64,000 bases of DNA from assembly GCA_046570105.1 (NCBI GenBank), contig JBKHVI010000001.1:64001-128000 (forward strand), read 5' to 3'. How positions within the stretch are numbered: position 1 is the first letter of the stretch; each line of letters begins with the position of its first letter. The stretch comes from Bacteriovoracia bacterium (GTDB lineage: Bacteria; Bdellovibrionota; Bacteriovoracia; Bacteriovoracales; Bacteriovoracaceae). Positions 1-10,272 of the stretch are shown one piece after another. The notes under the pieces are model-generated. The model did not search any database. It had not been told where the DNA came from and worked only from the letters and a program-made list of their open reading frames with translations. The translations under genes were made by a program, and so were the position numbers.

Positions 1-370
1 CCATCGCTTCACGCATGGCCGCATCGGCACCTTCCATGCGTCCTTTCTCAAGACCTTCACGATAAGCTTGATCGCGCATTTCACGAATACGTTGCTCGAC
101 TTCACGATTAATACGTGTCTCAAGATCATCTTTCTCTTGCGAACTCAAACCGCGCATATCTCGCACAATGGCATCAATCTTAAACTGTGTCTTAGCTTCG
201 GCTTCGCGTTCTGAGCGGATAATCTTTGACGAAGGTTTCTTATCTTGTGAAGCCACCCCCGTAAGATCACGAAACTCAAAATTCTTAAATCCACCGACTG
301 ATTCACCGCCTTCTTCAAAAGCAGTGAAACTAAAAGGCTTAACATCCTGTGTCCCCGATCGCTTTTCCAT
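1..370 (-). CDS. fliH: Flagellar assembly protein FliH (N-terminal part; truncated by window edge)
   Basis: Translated by hand from ATG at 370 (SD AGGGGAG): MEKRSGTQDVKPFSF...DQAYREGLEKGRMEG, open to the edge; AxxxGxxxG repeats and position after fliG. Confidence 0.8.
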   Translation of the reverse strand, partial: MEKRSGTQDVKPFSFTAFEEGGESVGGFKNFEFRDLTGVASQDKKPSSKIIRSEREAEAKTQFKIDAIVRDMRGLSSQEKDDLETRINREVEQRIREMRDQAYREGLEKGRMEGADAAMREAM

Positions 371-382
371 TTTCTCCCCTTA

Positions 383-1423
383 TCAGACGAAGGAATCGCC
401 TTCACCGCCACGAGCGATGATAGCTTTGCCTTTGGCCTCAAGGTCTTTAACCTGTTGTACGATCTCTTGTTGTGCTTTCTCCACATCAGACACTTTCGTT
501 GGCCCCAAGCTCTCCAAATCTTCTTTGAGAAGAGTCGCTGCACGGTTAGACATGTTCTTAAAGAGTTTAGTTTTAACTTCTTCCGGAGCCGTCTTAAGCG
601 CCACAGTAAGCTTCTGGTTGTCCACTGACTTGAGAAGCTCTTGGATACCTTTGTCGTCGACGTAGATAAGATCTTCGAAGACGAACATGAGTTTTCTAAT
701 CTCTTCCGCCAACTCTGGATCTTTTTCTTCCACACGCGCCATGATGCTCTTCTCAGTGTTTTTATCCATGAGGTTAAGCATGTCTGCGATAGGTTCAACA
801 CCACCCAATTGTTGTGTATCGATTGACCCAAGTGTAGAAAGTTCAGTTTTAAGAACATCGTCCAACTGGGCAATAAGCTCAGGTGAAACGAAGTCAAGAT
901 TGGCCACACGAAGCACGACTTCAGCTTGCAAACCTTCTGGAAGCTTACGAAGTACATCCACTTTCTTCTCAACCGGCAAGTGGGCGACAATGAGAGCAAT
1001 CGTTTGTGGGTGTTCGTTGATAAGGAAGTTCGCAAGTGTACGCGTATCAACCAATTCCAGAGATTCTAGGGTATTGGTATTTCCTACGTCGACGACTTGA
1101 CCCAAGAGTTGCTTGGCGCGATCTTCACCCAAAGTAGAAAGAATAAAGTCGCGACCTTTGTTTTCAGCAAACAAGAGTTCTGCGTCTTCATTAATGGAGC
1201 TATAAAACTCTTCAAGAACTCGCTTCACCATCCAAATCGGTGATTTCGAGATCGTCGACATACTATTAATCATACGTTTAACGTCGTTGTCCTTCATATG
1301 TTTGAAGATCAACTTCGTTGCACTGGGGCCCAGCGCAGAAAGTAGAATAGCGGCTTTTTCTTGGCCGCTTAGGAGTTGATACTCAACATCAGGATCTAGG
1401 TTCGGTTGTTCTTCCGTAGCCAT
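383..1423 (-). CDS. fliG: Flagellar motor switch protein FliG
   Basis: EKAAILL, EHPQTIAL, GGVEPIADMLN and MFVFEDL motifs; follows fliF. Confidence 0.97.
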   Translation of the reverse strand: MATEEQPNLDPDVEYQLLSGQEKAAILLSALGPSATKLIFKHMKDNDVKRMINSMSTISKSPIWMVKRVLEEFYSSINEDAELLFAENKGRDFILSTLGEDRAKQLLGQVVDVGNTNTLESLELVDTRTLANFLINEHPQTIALIVAHLPVEKKVDVLRKLPEGLQAEVVLRVANLDFVSPELIAQLDDVLKTELSTLGSIDTQQLGGVEPIADMLNLMDKNTEKSIMARVEEKDPELAEEIRKLMFVFEDLIYVDDKGIQELLKSVDNQKLTVALKTAPEEVKTKLFKNMSNRAATLLKEDLESLGPTKVSDVEKAQQEIVQQVKDLEAKGKAIIARGGEGDSFV

Positions 1424-1439
1424 TTCTCTCCCCTACCTG

Positions 1440-3128
1440 CTAAGCGATCTCTTTCTGTCCTTCAGCTGAGTGGATCATGTCATGAACCACCTGAGCTGCC
1501 TTGGACGGATTTTGTTCGACTAGCGCAATAATTTTTTCTCGAAGCATATTACCTTCGATTTTTTCTGGATTCAGTTTGTCTTCAATTGAAGGAAGTACAT
1601 CCTCAAGGCCTGGCAACTTCTGGTTAGCTTGGATTTTTTCAAGCTCTTCCAAAGTACGAGGGAGAAAGTCTTCGATCGATTCAACAGTGTTCTCAGTAAG
1701 CCATTGGATAAATGGACGAACCACCATGAAGAAGAACAAGGTAATCAACGCCCCAATCATGAGGTATTTCGTTACGTTCTTTAAGATCTCGCGGTTTTCA
1801 CGAGCACGCATGATCGCTTCAATTTCCGCCAAGTCTTCTGTCGCGAACTCCATATTCTTAATAACAAGCTTATCACCGCGGGCCGCATTGACTCCGATGG
1901 CACTTGAAACAATCTGTTGGAAGTTCGCAAGCTCTGCTTCAGACCATGCCTGATACTTCGTTACTGCCAGACCCTCGTCGTTAAGCACAGTCTGCCCTTC
2001 TTTGTCTTTTACAGGCACGCGCTTGCCGTCCAACATAACCGCGACACTAATCTGTTGCACGTCGGCTGTAGGCTTTTTGCTGCGAACAACTGTCGTTGGG
2101 ACGTTGTAGTTACGAGTCACAAGACTCTTATCTACATCGTTACGTGTCTCAGGAATTCCTGGCTGAGGTTGTTCACCGGGAAGATTTGAGCGAGCTCCCG
2201 GGATCCCTTGTGGAGATGGGCGCACACCCTGCATCTTTTGTTCGTTCTTCACTTCAGAAACGACAGCAGAGTTTTCTTGGTCGTATTGAGTCTGAGTTGA
2301 AGTTGATTCAGTAAAATCCATTTTCACGGTAACTTTAGCGATAACTTTTCCACTACCGACGACGCGAGCAAGAATGTCTTCAATACGCTTTTCGTACTGA
2401 TCATTCATCTTCGTTTCAAGAGCAATTCTATTTGCAGTCTGCGTGCTCATACTATCGCCATCGTTTTCCGATAGCTTTTTACCGCGACTATCAATCACCA
2501 CTACATGATGACCTCGCATGCCATCTACTGAAGAAGCGACCAAGCTCTGGAGACCCTTGATCTCATCAGATGTCATTGTTACGCCACGCTCAACATCAAG
2601 AACTATTGAAGCTGATGGTGGTTTTCTTTCTGTTACAAATGGGCTTGAGTCAGGAATTGATAAGTGAACACGAGCGCGTGCGACACCACGAAGATGCATA
2701 ATGGTCTTAACCAATTCACCTTCGAGGGCACGTTGTTTATTAATTTTTTGAACAAATGAAGTGGTACCAAAGCTTTGCTTGTCAAAGATTTCATAACCAA
2801 CAGTATTTGAGAAATCGACGCCTTTTTTAGCGATCTCTAAACGCCAGATTTCAACTTGCTCTTCTGGAACAAGAATCGTTTTACCTTCATCTTTGATTTG
2901 ATAATCAATCTTGCCTTCTTCAAGGAGTCTGGCGATAGTCGCCGAGTCTTCCTTAGCAAGCTCGGTATAGAGAACTTTATATTGCCCTTTCCCTGCCCAC
3001 ATCAACACACCTGCGAACATGGCGATGATGAGACCGGTTACCGCGATGACACCGATCTTTCGACCAGTCTCAAGCGCGCGGAAGAACTCTAAAAAGTTGG
3101 TCAGCGTATTTTGTAAGAAACCGTTCAA
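1440..3128 (-). CDS. fliF: Flagellar M-ring protein FliF
   Basis: GYEIFDK..FGTTSFVQKIN.QRALEGEL, ARVHL, ASIVL; two TM segments; TTG start with AGGAGG. Confidence 0.97.
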   Translation of the reverse strand: MNGFLQNTLTNFLEFFRALETGRKIGVIAVTGLIIAMFAGVLMWAGKGQYKVLYTELAKEDSATIARLLEEGKIDYQIKDEGKTILVPEEQVEIWRLEIAKKGVDFSNTVGYEIFDKQSFGTTSFVQKINKQRALEGELVKTIMHLRGVARARVHLSIPDSSPFVTERKPPSASIVLDVERGVTMTSDEIKGLQSLVASSVDGMRGHHVVVIDSRGKKLSENDGDSMSTQTANRIALETKMNDQYEKRIEDILARVVGSGKVIAKVTVKMDFTESTSTQTQYDQENSAVVSEVKNEQKMQGVRPSPQGIPGARSNLPGEQPQPGIPETRNDVDKSLVTRNYNVPTTVVRSKKPTADVQQISVAVMLDGKRVPVKDKEGQTVLNDEGLAVTKYQAWSEAELANFQQIVSSAIGVNAARGDKLVIKNMEFATEDLAEIEAIMRARENREILKNVTKYLMIGALITLFFFMVVRPFIQWLTENTVESIEDFLPRTLEELEKIQANQKLPGLEDVLPSIEDKLNPEKIEGNMLREKIIALVEQNPSKAAQVVHDMIHSAEGQKEIA

Positions 3129-3175
3129 TGGACCCTCCTGGTCTCATTTGTTATCATCAAGGCCATCCTGGCCTA

Positions 3176-3535
3176 TTAGATCTGCATTCTCATTATCTCT
3201 TTGTACGCATCAATCACTTTCGAGCGTACTTGGTTCATCGCTTTGAAAGCGATCTCAGCTTTTTCTACTGCCAAAAGTGTTTCATGAAGATCTCTACTCT
3301 CTCCACTTGCCAACTTTTGCATTGAGACATCTGCATCGTTCTGCAAAGCATTCACTTTGCCGATTGAATCTTGTAAAAAATCACCAAAAGTTTTACCCGT
3401 TTCACCTGTCCTCTCGACTCCAGGAGTCTCGAGGTGGCTCATCTGGTCTGCAAGCTCGTTGCCAACTTTCTTCGCCCAGCCGCGAGCGTCGCCAGTACCT
3501 AAGGTTTGATCAAGCTGCGAGATATTTTTAATCAT
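3176..3535 (-). CDS. fliE: Flagellar hook-basal body protein FliE
   Basis: C-terminal VRSKVIDAYKEIMRMQI signature. Confidence 0.95.
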   Translation of the reverse strand: MIKNISQLDQTLGTGDARGWAKKVGNELADQMSHLETPGVERTGETGKTFGDFLQDSIGKVNALQNDADVSMQKLASGESRDLHETLLAVEKAEIAFKAMNQVRSKVIDAYKEIMRMQI

Positions 3536-3547
3536 GCGCTAGTATCC

Positions 3548-3988
3548 CTAGTTTTTACCAATCTCTAGCGTTTTAAGCGCCATTGATTTGGTGGTGTTAA
3601 CTGCCGAAACGTTCGCTTCATACGCACGTTGCGCTTCAATCATGTCGGCCATCTCTTGCATCACATTGATGTCTGGATAAGCGACATAACCATCTTTATT
3701 TGCATCAGGGTGAGAAGGCTCGTATTTCAAGATAGGTGGCTTGTCGCTGTTCACGACTTCAGTCACGTGAACAGTCTGGGCCTTCTCGTCTAGCTCGCCT
3801 TCAAGAATTTCAGCGAAACTATCACGAGCTGGCTCCGATCCAAAAACCACTTCTTTTTTACGATAAGGGCCACCTTCAGCGGTACGCGTAGTTTGCGCAT
3901 TCGCAATATTAGATGAAACGCTTTCCATACGTTTGCGCTGGGCCGCGAGCCCTGAAGCACTAATTCGTAAGCTGGTTAAAAGATCCAT
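3548..3988 (-). CDS. flgC: Flagellar basal-body rod protein FlgC
   Basis: ISASGLAAQRKRM..SSNIANAQT, YEPSHPDA..GYV.YPDIN, QRAYEAN. Confidence 0.97.
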   Translation of the reverse strand: MDLLTSLRISASGLAAQRKRMESVSSNIANAQTTRTAEGGPYRKKEVVFGSEPARDSFAEILEGELDEKAQTVHVTEVVNSDKPPILKYEPSHPDANKDGYVAYPDINVMQEMADMIEAQRAYEANVSAVNTTKSMALKTLEIGKN

Positions 3989-3997
3989 GCGTTATCC

Positions 3998-4411
3998 TTA
4001 CTTCTCGCTGTTAAGCGCGTACTTCATTAAGCCCAGCTTCTTATTAATCAGCTGAACTGTGGTGTCGTACATGATCTTGTTTTCCGCCATGCGGGCCATC
4101 TCGGCCTCCACATCGACAGTATTACCATTCTCAGAAACAATTCCATTGGGATCTTCGTAGACTTCCGGCTCAAGATTATTGAAGCCCCCTCCTCCGACAT
4201 TGAAGTGGCGCTCATCCGATGCATTCATCGAAAGATTGCCATCTACATCAGTTGCCCGCGCAAGAGCTTCTTCAAAATCTAGCTTCACCGCTTTGTACCC
4301 AGGGGTCTGGGCATTGGCGACGTTACCAGTCATGAGCTCTTGGCGCATTTCACGAAACTTCAGTGAAGTTGCGAGGGCGCGAAAGGTTTTGTCGTTTACA
4401 TCCATCCTCAA
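3998..4411 (-). CDS. flgB: Flagellar basal-body rod protein FlgB
   Basis: RQEL..GNVANAQTPGYK and NGNTVDVEAEM motifs. Confidence 0.96.
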   Translation of the reverse strand: MRMDVNDKTFRALATSLKFREMRQELMTGNVANAQTPGYKAVKLDFEEALARATDVDGNLSMNASDERHFNVGGGGFNNLEPEVYEDPNGIVSENGNTVDVEAEMARMAENKIMYDTTVQLINKKLGLMKYALNSEK

Positions 4412-4417
4412 AATTCC

Positions 4418-5356
4418 TTAGCGAAGATTAACAAAGTACTGTGAGCCCTCAGAGCGGTACTCGTTAATTTTGTTACGCAAAGTACGGATACTTACACCCA
4501 AGATTTTTGCCGCTTGCGTGCGGTTCTCAGAGGTAAATACCAAGGCTTTCTTGATAAGAAGCTTTTCTGCATCTTTCAAAGACATGAGCTTTACGCCGTC
4601 TTCGTCTGTCTCAAGAGTGAAGCCTTCCACACGCTTGCCTTCCGTTTGGAAGCAAGACACATCAAGGATACCTTCTTGTGCTTGTGAAGCAGCTGCGCGA
4701 ATTGATTGGCGAAGCTCAGTGAGATTGCCGTTCCAAGCTTGGTCGTTTAAACGAGCACAAGCATCAGCAGCGATTGAGATAGTTGGAGTTTGTGTTTCTT
4801 CACACCATTCTTGCACGAAAAGGTTGGCCAGTAGTTCCACGTCAGTCCCTCTCTCGCGCAATGGCATCAAGTGGATTTGTGCTCCACCGAAGTAAGTGAG
4901 AAGCGCCCTTGAGAACTTTCCGGCGCCCACCAATTTCGAGAGATTCTTCGTCGTGGTGGCGAGCACGCGGACATCGAGTTCGTAATCAGGCAATTCTTGA
5001 AGGATAGTATACAGTCGTTTCTGGAAATTATCATCCAGTGCATCAATGTGGGCAAAGATGACCGTGCCTCCATTTGCGACTTCAAGGACACCACGTTGAA
5101 AGCGGCCATCGGCTTCTCTAAAGCCAAGGACTCGACGTTCAACTTCAGCAATATCAGCACTGCAATCAACTACTTCAATCACTGCGTTCTTTCGAACAGA
5201 GTGAGTGTGAATGTAGTGTCCTAAAGTGCGTTTACCACAGCCCGCTTCTCCGCTCAGGAGAACCGGAGTCTTTGTGACGGCCACATTACGTGCTGTCTCC
5301 AATGACTTGGTGAATTTAGGGTGGTTACCGACGATGTTCTGCGCTGACTTTAACAT
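4418..5356 (-). CDS. Degenerate sigma-54-interaction (AAA+) domain protein with Fis-type HTH
   Basis: Walker A GEAGCGKR, PLRER, W.GNLTEL, C-terminal NRTQAAKILGVSIRTLRNK; lacks GAFTGA, Walker B acids and a sensory domain. Confidence 0.85.
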   Translation of the reverse strand: MLKSAQNIVGNHPKFTKSLETARNVAVTKTPVLLSGEAGCGKRTLGHYIHTHSVRKNAVIEVVDCSADIAEVERRVLGFREADGRFQRGVLEVANGGTVIFAHIDALDDNFQKRLYTILQELPDYELDVRVLATTTKNLSKLVGAGKFSRALLTYFGGAQIHLMPLRERGTDVELLANLFVQEWCEETQTPTISIAADACARLNDQAWNGNLTELRQSIRAAASQAQEGILDVSCFQTEGKRVEGFTLETDEDGVKLMSLKDAEKLLIKKALVFTSENRTQAAKILGVSIRTLRNKINEYRSEGSQYFVNLR

Positions 5357-5385
5357 TAGACCTCCTGTCCGTTGTCAAAGAGTGA

Positions 5386-8070
5386 CTATAACCGCTTTTC
5401 TTTCAATTCGAGGGCCGACAATTCCGTCCTGGCCATCTCCCTCACGTAAAGCGGGATCTCTTGTTTCTCTGAAAGGTTCCGAAGAACCGTTTTACCTTCA
5501 TCTAGTTTACCATTTCTTAGGAGCGAGAGACCTAACAAATACTCAATCCGGGCACTGTAAGGAGATTTTAAAAATTTCTCCCTGAAGTTTTTTACTAACC
5601 CTTCGATCTCACTCCACACTGGTTTTTCATCACCTACCAACGATTCAATCAGTAGGTAGTTTACTCGTTCCGCTACATTCAAGATCGATGCCGACTTTGA
5701 TTGTTGGATATCATTGGCCAAGGCTTTTACTACTGTTTTGAAACGCTCTTGATCTTTTAAATTATAGAGACTCTCGACATAACCCATCAGAAGTTCAGAC
5801 ATCTGACGTGGGGTAAGGCGGTTTTTTGGGTCTTGTTTGAGGAGAACTCGTTCAAATTGTTCGGCGGCTAAGCTCCAGTTACTACGTTGAAAAGCGATCA
5901 ATCCACTATAGTAGGAGTAGTTTACAGAGTCCCTAAGTGACACTGGATAAGAGGCCAACTTGGCCTCGGCCTGGGCCCATTCGCGCGAAGAAACGGCCTT
6001 TATGAGACTGAGTTCCTCTACCATATCTTTCAGAGGAAGATCTTTTGTACGATCTACCCAAAGTGGATATTCACGAACTTCTTCGCCACCCATCGCTTGT
6101 AGAATTTTATATGAGCGCTCGAAACTTTGGTAAAGACCGAGCTTGATGAAGCTGTCCGCGACAACGAAATTCATATAAGGATTGCCGGCGACACGCTTTT
6201 CAAATTTATCTTTGTAGGTTTCCCACATTTTGACCGCACGTGAGTAATCTTCTTTTAAGTACGCTTGCTGTATAACGCCAAAAACGATCTCTGCTCCATC
6301 TCCATCAAAAACACGACGTTCGGTTGGGCGAAGAGTATCAAGAGGAATAGATGCGAGATAAGCAAGGGCCTTATCGTATTCACGTTGATTCACAAAAGTT
6401 CTTAAACGTACCAACCATAATAGTTTTTTATGATCAGCCGTTAAGCTCTTTTTCTCATCTGATGATTGCTCAAGGAAAACTTCCACTTCTTTGTCTTCAT
6501 CACTGAGTTGTAGTTTTCTAGCCAGGCGCATTCCTACATAACGAAGTTTAGCTTCAAAACGAACTTCAGGGTAAGGGCTACGGTCGATAGCATTTTTATA
6601 AAGTACTAATGTCTCAGCAGCTGGCTTATCTAAGAGTTCGTAAGCAAGACCCATGCGCAAACGAGCCGAAGCAGCTTCTTTTAAATGTGCCCAGTCAGAT
6701 ACGAAGAGATCAAAAACGCGAATAGCTTCGGTGTATTCCGCTTCTCTGAAGAGTGCTTCGGCAGCGTTATAAAGAATACTTGGGTGAATCGGCTTCACTA
6801 AACTCTTTTCAATTGCTTTGAATCGCTTAACTAACTCGCCACTTTTCCCAGAGCCTAGTAACGCATAAGTGGAATAAGCCATTTCTGTCTGTGGAGGCAG
6901 CATAGAAGCCAATTTTTTATCTTTTAAGAATTCCGCGATTTTGTCATCTTGTCTGAGTCTTGCAAGGGCATTCAAGATGACATTTGATGCTTGGATAACC
7001 ATGTCATGGTCATACTGTCCGCGAGCTTCAACAAAAAGTCGCTTCGCTAAATCTAAACTCTTAAAATAGTCGCCACGATCTAAATGATATTGAAGTACAT
7101 AGCGGAATGCCGCTCGCTTCATTTCATAATCAGTTGTTCTTTCTAGGAGATTGCCAACCAGATTCATCGCAGAGGCCTGCAATGTGCGATCTTTCTTAGT
7201 AATGTTCGTCTTGAAAAGTGAATTAATGCGAATCCACTCATTCATATCGTAGTTCGAATCTTGGCCGTATTTCTTCTGATAAAGTGTGAGGGATTTATTC
7301 ATCAACCCCCACTTCTGCTCACGATAGAGATTAATGGTTAACTGCATATGAGCTTCTTTAGGATCATCTAAGAGCTCACGATCTTTAATCTCATATAAAG
7401 AATCCGGAATCTTGCTCTCTAACAAAATATCACGCTCTAGGGCCGGCAAAAGAGCAGGATAGTCCCAGATAAAAGCAGCACCGTAGCGGAAGTCTCGATA
7501 CTCAGGATTTAATTTTTTGGTAGCTGCTAGTGGAACAGGCACAACTTCAATTAAAGAGTTCTTAGGTGATTTTAGAGCGAGTGGAATTGATTTCTTCGTA
7601 GCGACAGGCTTTTTTTCTTCAACCGGCAACGGAAGAGGCTTTTTAAATGATGCCGCTTTTGATGGAAGTGAGTCAGCGTTTACCCAAAAATCCATAATCC
7701 ACTTACGGTCAACATCACGATAAAAACTAAAAAGCTCAACTGAAGCATCTTTTAGTGTGACCACAACTCGTGCAGGTTTACTGGGAAAACCCTCTTGGCT
7801 GTAGGACACATTTTCAATATAGCCCTGAGCTTTTTTCATTTTGACCATCTCGCCGGCCAATTGCTCAAACAAAGGAAGATTCAATGTCTCAAGAATGACT
7901 TGATTGTCATTCTTGGAAATACTGACCTGCTCTTTCGAGACGATCAGATTCCAACGAAGATGAGTTTTGAATGTTTCTTGATTAAAAACGTCGGAATACG
8001 CCGTCGATGACCATGCGGTCAAAAGAAGAATAATCGTGAGCCATCTTGGCAGCGCGAACATCTTAGTCAT
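5386..8070 (-). CDS. Large exported TPR-repeat protein at head of flagellar operon
   Basis: Long ORF with signal peptide (..LLLTAWSSTAYS) and helical TPR-like repeats; start moved to ATG 8070. Confidence 0.75.
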   Translation of the reverse strand: MTKMFALPRWLTIILLLTAWSSTAYSDVFNQETFKTHLRWNLIVSKEQVSISKNDNQVILETLNLPLFEQLAGEMVKMKKAQGYIENVSYSQEGFPSKPARVVVTLKDASVELFSFYRDVDRKWIMDFWVNADSLPSKAASFKKPLPLPVEEKKPVATKKSIPLALKSPKNSLIEVVPVPLAATKKLNPEYRDFRYGAAFIWDYPALLPALERDILLESKIPDSLYEIKDRELLDDPKEAHMQLTINLYREQKWGLMNKSLTLYQKKYGQDSNYDMNEWIRINSLFKTNITKKDRTLQASAMNLVGNLLERTTDYEMKRAAFRYVLQYHLDRGDYFKSLDLAKRLFVEARGQYDHDMVIQASNVILNALARLRQDDKIAEFLKDKKLASMLPPQTEMAYSTYALLGSGKSGELVKRFKAIEKSLVKPIHPSILYNAAEALFREAEYTEAIRVFDLFVSDWAHLKEAASARLRMGLAYELLDKPAAETLVLYKNAIDRSPYPEVRFEAKLRYVGMRLARKLQLSDEDKEVEVFLEQSSDEKKSLTADHKKLLWLVRLRTFVNQREYDKALAYLASIPLDTLRPTERRVFDGDGAEIVFGVIQQAYLKEDYSRAVKMWETYKDKFEKRVAGNPYMNFVVADSFIKLGLYQSFERSYKILQAMGGEEVREYPLWVDRTKDLPLKDMVEELSLIKAVSSREWAQAEAKLASYPVSLRDSVNYSYYSGLIAFQRSNWSLAAEQFERVLLKQDPKNRLTPRQMSELLMGYVESLYNLKDQERFKTVVKALANDIQQSKSASILNVAERVNYLLIESLVGDEKPVWSEIEGLVKNFREKFLKSPYSARIEYLLGLSLLRNGKLDEGKTVLRNLSEKQEIPLYVREMARTELSALELKEKRL

Positions 8071-8273
8071 TAGTTCCTGTGGGGCGACCACCCATCCTAG
8101 GTGGAAACAACTCCCATGAGGCAATTTTATCCCATTTTTGATTTTGTGGTGGAAAAACTTACCTGCGGCAAAAATCTCCTGTCTAAAGATTGACATTGAC
8201 CCCGTTCGCTTTCATTTACAAAGGTTTATCACTCCTTTTAAATTGTAGTTTGAGTTGTGAGAAGGATTCCCGC

Positions 8274-8768
8274 ATGTGCCGGCATGGCCGACAATTTCTC
8301 TTTGTTTTTATTCTGCTTTTAGCAGGATGCTCTTCGCTTGTTCCCAAAAAAGCTCCACCGGTAAAAGACAAAAATCTTCACATCGTTTTTCCTAATGATG
8401 ACTGGGGAATGATTGATGCTCGAACAAGCGATCATGCGTGGTCACACAAAAAACGTGGCGATGTCATCGTGCTAAATTCTTTTTGTGGCGAATTTCAATC
8501 GCTCCCCCTTGAGTCTTTGGCACTCAAAACTTTTCAAACATACCCAGGCTTTCAACCACTCGGAAAAAGAACTATCGATTGGTTTGAGCGTGAAGCCTTT
8601 GAAATGGAAGCTGAAGCACTGGTGGATGGAGTCAAAGTCCTCATTTATATGCGCAATTATCGGCGTAATCACTGCTACTATGACTTCGTCCTTATTACTC
8701 CACGCCAACGTGACCCGCAGACCTACCAGGCCTTCCGCGAACTCTTAAATGGCGTAAGGTTTAAATGA
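8274..8768 (+). CDS. Hypothetical lipoprotein leading the mla operon
   Basis: Lipobox LLAGC after ATG 8274 (SD AAGGA); ATGA overlap with mlaE. Confidence 0.75.
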   Translation: MCRHGRQFLFVFILLLAGCSSLVPKKAPPVKDKNLHIVFPNDDWGMIDARTSDHAWSHKKRGDVIVLNSFCGEFQSLPLESLALKTFQTYPGFQPLGKRTIDWFEREAFEMEAEALVDGVKVLIYMRNYRRNHCYYDFVLITPRQRDPQTYQAFRELLNGVRFK

Positions 8769-9526
8769 TCACCAAAGCTAAAGATAATTTAGAATTTGTC
8801 GGCGAGATGATTGAACTCATCTGGCAAACGACCAAGGCCATCTTTAGCCGCCCCTTCTACTGGCATCGCCTGAACGAACAGATCATTGAACTGGGCTCTC
8901 GCTCACTTTCAATTACTCTCGTGATCGGCTTTGTGATGGGTCTGGTGATGACTCTGCAATTTGGATACGGACTCGCTAAGTTTGGCGGGACACTTTATGT
9001 GCCGGCGATTGTTTCTCTCTCACTTATCCGTGAGATGGCGCCAATTTTTACATCACTTCTTGTGGCAGGACGAATCGGTTCAGGTATTGCTGCTGAGATT
9101 GGTGCTATGAATGTGACTCAACAAATTGATGCCATCCGCGCGCTGGGCACTTCACCTATTCGTGTTTTAGTCGTGCCAAGAGTGGTGGCAGGAATCGTGA
9201 CTCTGCCTCTACTAGGAATCCTCGCCACTTTCATGGGAATCATCGGCGGCATGATTATCGCACGCACAGAATTTGATATGGCCTTTGGTTTTTATATCAA
9301 CAAAGTTCTTGCGACGATTCGTCTCCACGATGTCTTTAGCTGCTACATCAAGTGCGCCTTCTTCTCGGTAGTCATTACTCTGCTTGCTTGCTGGCGCGGT
9401 TTTCAAACCAAGGAAGGTACACGTGGCGTTGGTGAAGCGGCCACGTGGGTCGTGGTGCGTTCATCCATAGTGATTCTTATCTCTGACTTCTTTTTGAGCA
9501 AGGTACTTATCTTGCTCTTTGATTGA
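8765..9526 (+). CDS. mlaE: MlaE-family lipid ABC transporter permease
   Basis: REMAPIFTSLLVAGRIGSGIAAEIGAM..TQQIDAIRALG..PRV. Confidence 0.95.
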   Translation: MITKAKDNLEFVGEMIELIWQTTKAIFSRPFYWHRLNEQIIELGSRSLSITLVIGFVMGLVMTLQFGYGLAKFGGTLYVPAIVSLSLIREMAPIFTSLLVAGRIGSGIAAEIGAMNVTQQIDAIRALGTSPIRVLVVPRVVAGIVTLPLLGILATFMGIIGGMIIARTEFDMAFGFYINKVLATIRLHDVFSCYIKCAFFSVVITLLACWRGFQTKEGTRGVGEAATWVVVRSSIVILISDFFLSKVLILLFD

Positions 9527-10263
9527 GGCCAGCCATGCAACAAATTTTACAAGTCAAAGACCTCAAAAAAAGTTTTGGCAGCAAGTCTGTCCACAACGGA
9601 GTTAATTTCGTCCTTCACAAAGGTGAAACAGTTGGGCTATTGGGCAACTCGGGCACAGGTAAAAGTGTTCTCTTGCGATGCTTGATCGGACTTGAAACGA
9701 TGGATGATGGTGAAGTCTGGTTTGAAAAAAAGCGCATTGATCTTCTTAATGAGGCACAGATTCTTAAAATCAGAACACGCATATCCTATGCCTTTCAAAG
9801 TGGCGCTCTCTTTGACTCACTCAGTGTCTATGACAATATCGCCTACCCTGTTCGTGAACATTTAAAAATGAATGAGACGGAAGAGTCTCATAAGGTACAT
9901 GAAATGCTTCGGCTCGTGCGTCTTGATGAATCAGCGAAACTTTTTCCGTCAGATCTCTCAGGTGGTATGCAAAAGCGCGCAGGCCTTGCCCGCGCCATGG
10001 TGCTTTCGCCTGATATTATTCTTTATGATGAACCAACAGCGGGTCTTGATCCCGATAACGTAGAAAACGTACTAGAGATCATGCGCACTTTTAAAAGTCG
10101 CGGAGTCGCAGGCATTTTTGTGACTCATGATATTCCAGCTGCCAAAAAAGTTTGTGATCGCTTGTTAATTATAGATCATGGGCAAATTGCCTTCAGTGGA
10201 TCAATTACAGAATTTGAAAATAGCACTAACCCATTTGTTAAACGCTTCCATACCACGGACTAA
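9523..10263 (+). CDS. mlaF: MlaF-family ABC transporter ATPase (start 9523 or 9535)
   Basis: GNSGTGKS, FQSGALFDSL, LSGGMQKR, LYDEPTAGLDP. Confidence 0.95.
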   Translation: MRPAMQQILQVKDLKKSFGSKSVHNGVNFVLHKGETVGLLGNSGTGKSVLLRCLIGLETMDDGEVWFEKKRIDLLNEAQILKIRTRISYAFQSGALFDSLSVYDNIAYPVREHLKMNETEESHKVHEMLRLVRLDESAKLFPSDLSGGMQKRAGLARAMVLSPDIILYDEPTAGLDPDNVENVLEIMRTFKSRGVAGIFVTHDIPAAKKVCDRLLIIDHGQIAFSGSITEFENSTNPFVKRFHTTD

Positions 10264-10272
10264 GAGGATTTT

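Noticed and set aside
145..1050. 301-aa alternative-frame ORF and the many antisense shadow ORFs over fliF, metK, ppdK, lepA and others
   Set aside because: They lie entirely over well-conserved genes and show no protein motifs.
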